This document shows, piece after piece, positions 60,610 to 64,000 of a stretch of 64,000 nt of DNA. A program made the position numbers and the translations under genes. Under the pieces are notes generated by a model. That model was not told the origin of the DNA. It did no database searches and saw nothing but the letters and a program-made list of their open reading frames with translations. This DNA comes from Candidatus Lustribacter sp. (lineage in GTDB: Bacteria; Vulcanimicrobiota; Vulcanimicrobiia; Vulcanimicrobiales; Vulcanimicrobiaceae), in NCBI GenBank assembly GCA_965277805.1, contig OZ255842.1, positions 1,600,001 to 1,664,000 of the forward strand. Reading direction: 5' to 3'. The stretch's first letter is position 1; every line of letters starts with the position of its first letter.

Positions 60610-61728
60610 CTAGCGGTAGTTCTGCAGTTCGCGGTTTTCGCTTGCTTCCCACAGCCAACCGCCTTCATGGCCCGGCCACGATTCCTTCGCCATTGCGATG
60701 ATGTCGGGATCGTCCAGGGCCGTGAGGTGGCCGTCATCGACGATCGTCGTGCCGTTGACCGTTACGGTCGCGCGGAACAAGCAGCCGTCCATGTGCTCGC
60801 CGGTCGTGCCGCTGGTCGCGATGTGCAGCGATCCGCTGCGGCTCGAACCGGCGAGGCCGGTCGAACGGCCGCCGTAGCTGGCGACCTTCGGGTTGAAGCC
60901 CAGGCCGATCTCGGCGAGATAGCCGCCTTGCGCCGTGACTTCCGCGAGCACGCGACCTTCCCAGCCGCCCTCAACGTTGGTGACCTCACCGTTTTTCAAG
61001 TGCACCGTAACGGGCTTCGCGAAATTCGAGTCGCCGTAACTGCCGCTGTAGACGCCGCCGAAACCGGTGATCGAGTCGTAACACACGACCCCGTTGATCG
61101 TGACGTTCTTCGATTCGGAGGGCGTCATGATGTTCGGACCATGCGGCAGCGGCAGATGGGCGCGTTTGCCCGGCGCGTCGCAAATCAAGTTGCCGTGCCA
61201 GCGGTCGTCTTTGCGCTGGTAGTCCATGTGCGCCACCGAAAGCTCGAGCGAAAGATCGGTGCCCTTCTTGTCGGTGATGTGCACTTTCTTCACCGGATCG
61301 CCGGTGTCGATCTGCGACCACGTCTTCTTTACGATGCGCGAGAGCAAGGCCGGCGGAATGCGCATCCCTTCGCTGCAGAACAGCTCGATCGTGCGGAGAT
61401 CGCCGTACGAGAGCCAGCGCGCGCCCGTGCGGCGCATCTTCGCGCCGAATTGGCCCGCCGCTGCGGGCCAGGCATGAAACACGACGTTGGCGTTGAGCAC
61501 GGCGGGCGCGATCGTGTCCGGAACGTGCCATTCTTCGAATTCATCGACCAAACAAACGTAGGGGTCGCAGCCGAACATCTTGGCGGTCGCGATCAAGGCG
61601 TAGATGACTTCTGCTTCGATGCGGCGGTCGCCCATGATGCAAACCTTTTCGCCGGGTTTCAGGCAACCGATCTCGCCGATGGTTTTGCACGACTCGATAA
61701 AGTCCGGATACATGTCGGGTTTCAACAA
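60610..61728 (-). CDS. M29 metallopeptidase/NicX-fold protein
   Basis: ITDKKGTDL, AEIGLGFNP, GSLHIA, EHMD and TVTVNG...IVDDGHL. Confidence 0.7.
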   Translation of the reverse strand: MLKPDMYPDFIESCKTIGEIGCLKPGEKVCIMGDRRIEAEVIYALIATAKMFGCDPYVCLVDEFEEWHVPDTIAPAVLNANVVFHAWPAAAGQFGAKMRRTGARWLSYGDLRTIELFCSEGMRIPPALLSRIVKKTWSQIDTGDPVKKVHITDKKGTDLSLELSVAHMDYQRKDDRWHGNLICDAPGKRAHLPLPHGPNIMTPSESKNVTINGVVCYDSITGFGGVYSGSYGDSNFAKPVTVHLKNGEVTNVEGGWEGRVLAEVTAQGGYLAEIGLGFNPKVASYGGRSTGLAGSSRSGSLHIATSGTTGEHMDGCLFRATVTVNGTTIVDDGHLTALDDPDIIAMAKESWPGHEGGWLWEASENRELQNYR

Positions 61729-61738
61729 TTCACATTCC

Positions 61739-62767
61739 TCACTTGCGTTTTTTGCTCGCGGCGGCGATCAGGGTATTGTCGATCATCGTTGCCGTGGCGA
61801 CCTTGTTCTTCAGCAGGCCTTGCGACAACCAGAAATCCTCGGGAACTTGGATCGATTCGGGGCGTACGGCGCCGATTTCGAAATACGGCGGCTGGAGCTT
61901 TGCCATTTCCGCGAGTGGCCTTTGCTGCCAGGCGGCCAGAGTCTTTTGCACGTCCGGGGAGAACGCGTTCGATCCGCTCTTACGAATCTCGTCCTGCGCC
62001 CGAATCGAGGCGCGCAGAAAGGCCGTCACGGCCGGCGCGTTGCTTGCCAGATATTTCGCGGACGCTAGCACGAACCCGGTTTGTGTATTAGGCATGATGT
62101 CTTGCGTCGAAGCGAAGCGCGCCGCGAAACCGCCGTCGACCATATACGTCGCCGTCGGTTCGATCGTTGTGCCCAAGTCGATTGCCTGATTGCGCAGCGC
62201 CGTAATCATGTCGGCGGGGGTCCGCAAGCGCTCGGTATAAACGACGTCGGCGCGCGTCAACCCGGCTTTGACGAGCATCTGGTTGACCAGCAGATTGATC
62301 GGCGCGCCCGGAGTCGCGGCATCGATCTTGCGCCCGCGCAAATCGGAGAGCTTGCGCACCGCGCCCGAATCCCACAAGTCCTTGCGCACCATGACCCACA
62401 GTTCGTCGTGCCAGCCGGTACGCGCAACGGTCAGCGATGCGATCGCTTTGATGTCCCAGCCTTCGCTCACCTGATTGAAGAGCGCCGGCCCCGGCACGCC
62501 TTGGCCGATATCGAGTTGCCCGTTCACCAGCATCGGCAACTGCGTCAGCGACGACGACGAGAACTTGTTGGGAACGACGTTGAGCCCTTCGTCGGCATAG
62601 TAGCCTTTGTCGAGCGCGTACATGAAGGGCAGGTAGCCGTAGATATCCGGATTGACCGGAATCCGGATCGTGTACTTCGCATCGGCCGCGAAGAGCCGCC
62701 GCGGGCGCCCGAGCGCCGCTAGACCGAAAGCAACTGCAGAACCCGCAAACGCGCGCCGTGTGCCCAC
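61739..62767 (-). CDS. ABC transporter substrate-binding protein (SsuA/THI5 family), Tat-like RR signal
   Basis: TRRAF signal, KGYYADEGL and DLRGRKI. Start is GTG 62767 or ATG 62785. Confidence 0.88.
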   Translation of the reverse strand: MGTRRAFAGSAVAFGLAALGRPRRLFAADAKYTIRIPVNPDIYGYLPFMYALDKGYYADEGLNVVPNKFSSSSLTQLPMLVNGQLDIGQGVPGPALFNQVSEGWDIKAIASLTVARTGWHDELWVMVRKDLWDSGAVRKLSDLRGRKIDAATPGAPINLLVNQMLVKAGLTRADVVYTERLRTPADMITALRNQAIDLGTTIEPTATYMVDGGFAARFASTQDIMPNTQTGFVLASAKYLASNAPAVTAFLRASIRAQDEIRKSGSNAFSPDVQKTLAAWQQRPLAEMAKLQPPYFEIGAVRPESIQVPEDFWLSQGLLKNKVATATMIDNTLIAAASKKRK

Positions 62768-62806
62768 GCCCAGGGGTACGACCATAGGGTTCGAAATCCA
62801 TCGCCC

Positions 62807-63133
62807 ATGGACGAACCGGCATTCGCACGCGTGGGCGCACTCTCCGGTCTGCCGCCCGGAGCAGCGCTGATGGCGCCGGTCGGCGATTATGACATCGCGC
62901 TGTTCAACGTCGATGGTGAAATCTTCGCGATTGACGACGTGTGTCCGCATTTCGCCGGCTCGCTGCACGAAGGTGCGGTAATCGACGGCACGGTGTCGTG
63001 TCCGCTGCACGGCTGGTGCTTCGATCTGCGGAGCGGTGCGCAAACGAACGGCCGCCGTTTCGTCGACACGTTCGACGTGCGCGTCGAAGATCAGAACGTG
63101 CTCGTGAGCGCGACGCCGCGCGAGCGAGTGTAG
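62807..63133 (+). CDS. Rieske [2Fe-2S] ferredoxin
   Basis: CPHFAGSL...CPLHGWCFDL. Confidence 0.93.
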   Translation: MDEPAFARVGALSGLPPGAALMAPVGDYDIALFNVDGEIFAIDDVCPHFAGSLHEGAVIDGTVSCPLHGWCFDLRSGAQTNGRRFVDTFDVRVEDQNVLVSATPRERV

Positions 63134-63136
63134 CGC

Positions 63137-64000
63137 GTGCCCTTGAAACTTGCCGTTCCCGATCTGATCTCGAACTCGTACTTTCCGGCGGCGGCCGCGG
63201 TCGAGTTGGGCTTCTTCGAGCAGGCCGGACTCGACGTCGAACTCGAGCTGATCTTCCCGGTCGATAAGTGCTATGCGGCGCTGCGCGACGGCCGCATCGA
63301 TTTCGTCGGGGGCTCGGCGCACTCGGCGCTCGCCGCGTTCCCGGGGTGGGACGGCGTCAAGCTGCTGTGCGCGCAGGCCCAGGGCATGTACTGGTTTCTG
63401 ATCATGCGCTCCGACCTCAACGTCAAACGCGGCGACATCGAGGCCGTCAAAGGCAAGCGTATCGGCGCCGCACCGTGGGTCGAAATGGGTTTGCGCCGGC
63501 TCTTGATTGCGGCCGGCATCGATCTCAAGCGCGACGAGGTGACGATCCAGCCCGTGCCCGGCGCGATCGGCGAGAAAGCAAACTTTGGGCTGATGGCGGC
63601 GCAGGCGCTCGCCGACGGCAAGATCGACGGTTTCTGGGCCAACGGCATGGGCGCGGAAGTCGCGCAGCGCAGCGGCGCGGGCACGCTGGTGCTCGACATC
63701 CGCCGCGGCGACGGCCCACCCGAGTGCTTCAATTACACGATGGCCTCGGTGGCCGCAAGCGATGCGCTAATCGAGCGTTCGCCCGAAACCGCGCGCGCTG
63801 CCGTTCGCGCGATCGTTGCGACCCAGCGCGCGCTGATCGGCGACGTTTCGCTTGCGACGAAGGCCGGCCGCGCGCTCTTCCCAGCGACCGAAGCGGAACT
63901 GATCGCCGGCATCGTGCAACGCGACTTGCCGTATTACGATGCCGCGATTTCGCCCGAGTTCGTGGCCGGCATGAACGCCTTCGCGCGCGACATCGGCATC
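63137..64000 (+). CDS. ABC transporter substrate-binding protein (SsuA/THI5 family), runs off the window
   Basis: Frame from GTG 63137 or TTG 63143 reads KLAVPDLISNSYFPAAAAVELGFFEQAGLDV... and stays open to the window end. Confidence 0.85.
   Translation, partial: MPLKLAVPDLISNSYFPAAAAVELGFFEQAGLDVELELIFPVDKCYAALRDGRIDFVGGSAHSALAAFPGWDGVKLLCAQAQGMYWFLIMRSDLNVKRGDIEAVKGKRIGAAPWVEMGLRRLLIAAGIDLKRDEVTIQPVPGAIGEKANFGLMAAQALADGKIDGFWANGMGAEVAQRSGAGTLVLDIRRGDGPPECFNYTMASVAASDALIERSPETARAAVRAIVATQRALIGDVSLATKAGRALFPATEAELIAGIVQRDLPYYDAAISPEFVAGMNAFARDIGI

Noticed and set aside
62786-63322. N-terminal extension of the 527-aa binding-protein ORF
   Set aside because: It overlaps the ferredoxin and the next binding-protein gene on the opposite strand; the signal peptide begins near 62767.

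Overview
A GC-rich bacterial chromosomal segment. The gene content is compatible with a soil bacterium such as Eremiobacterota, but that is a weak inference. The first 2.2 kb is visibly lower in GC and holds five tRNA genes: Lys-CTT (partial), Lys-TTT, His-GTG, Arg-TCT and Pro-TGG. Three paralogous zinc-finger/HNH endonuclease genes are interleaved with them: two are intact and translationally coupled, one is decayed. Both HNH units are headed by the same TGTGCCA-N6-TGGCACA palindrome, and both reading frames end inside tRNA genes. This is the best candidate for an undescribed tRNA-associated selfish element. The rest contains: an SRP RNA-DUF4446-M23-yggT-lepA-rdgB run; deoC with an aldehyde dehydrogenase whose usual partner half-gene lies 19 kb away; two GGDEF-EAL proteins; egtB-like, icd and ppa genes; a WbqC/ACP/adenylation-domain surface-glycan tailoring cluster with a DegT remnant; a complete reductive pyrimidine catabolic pathway; tRNA-Ser; pckA, glnA and msrB; and a UbiD/M29-like/flavin monooxygenase catabolic cluster with several orphan substrate-binding proteins. 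An AGGG-N16-CGAA-like motif recurs 9-11 nt before many start codons, and several genes appear to lack canonical starts. No CRISPR array, integrase or transposase was seen. All product calls come from motif recognition by eye; no database search was run.
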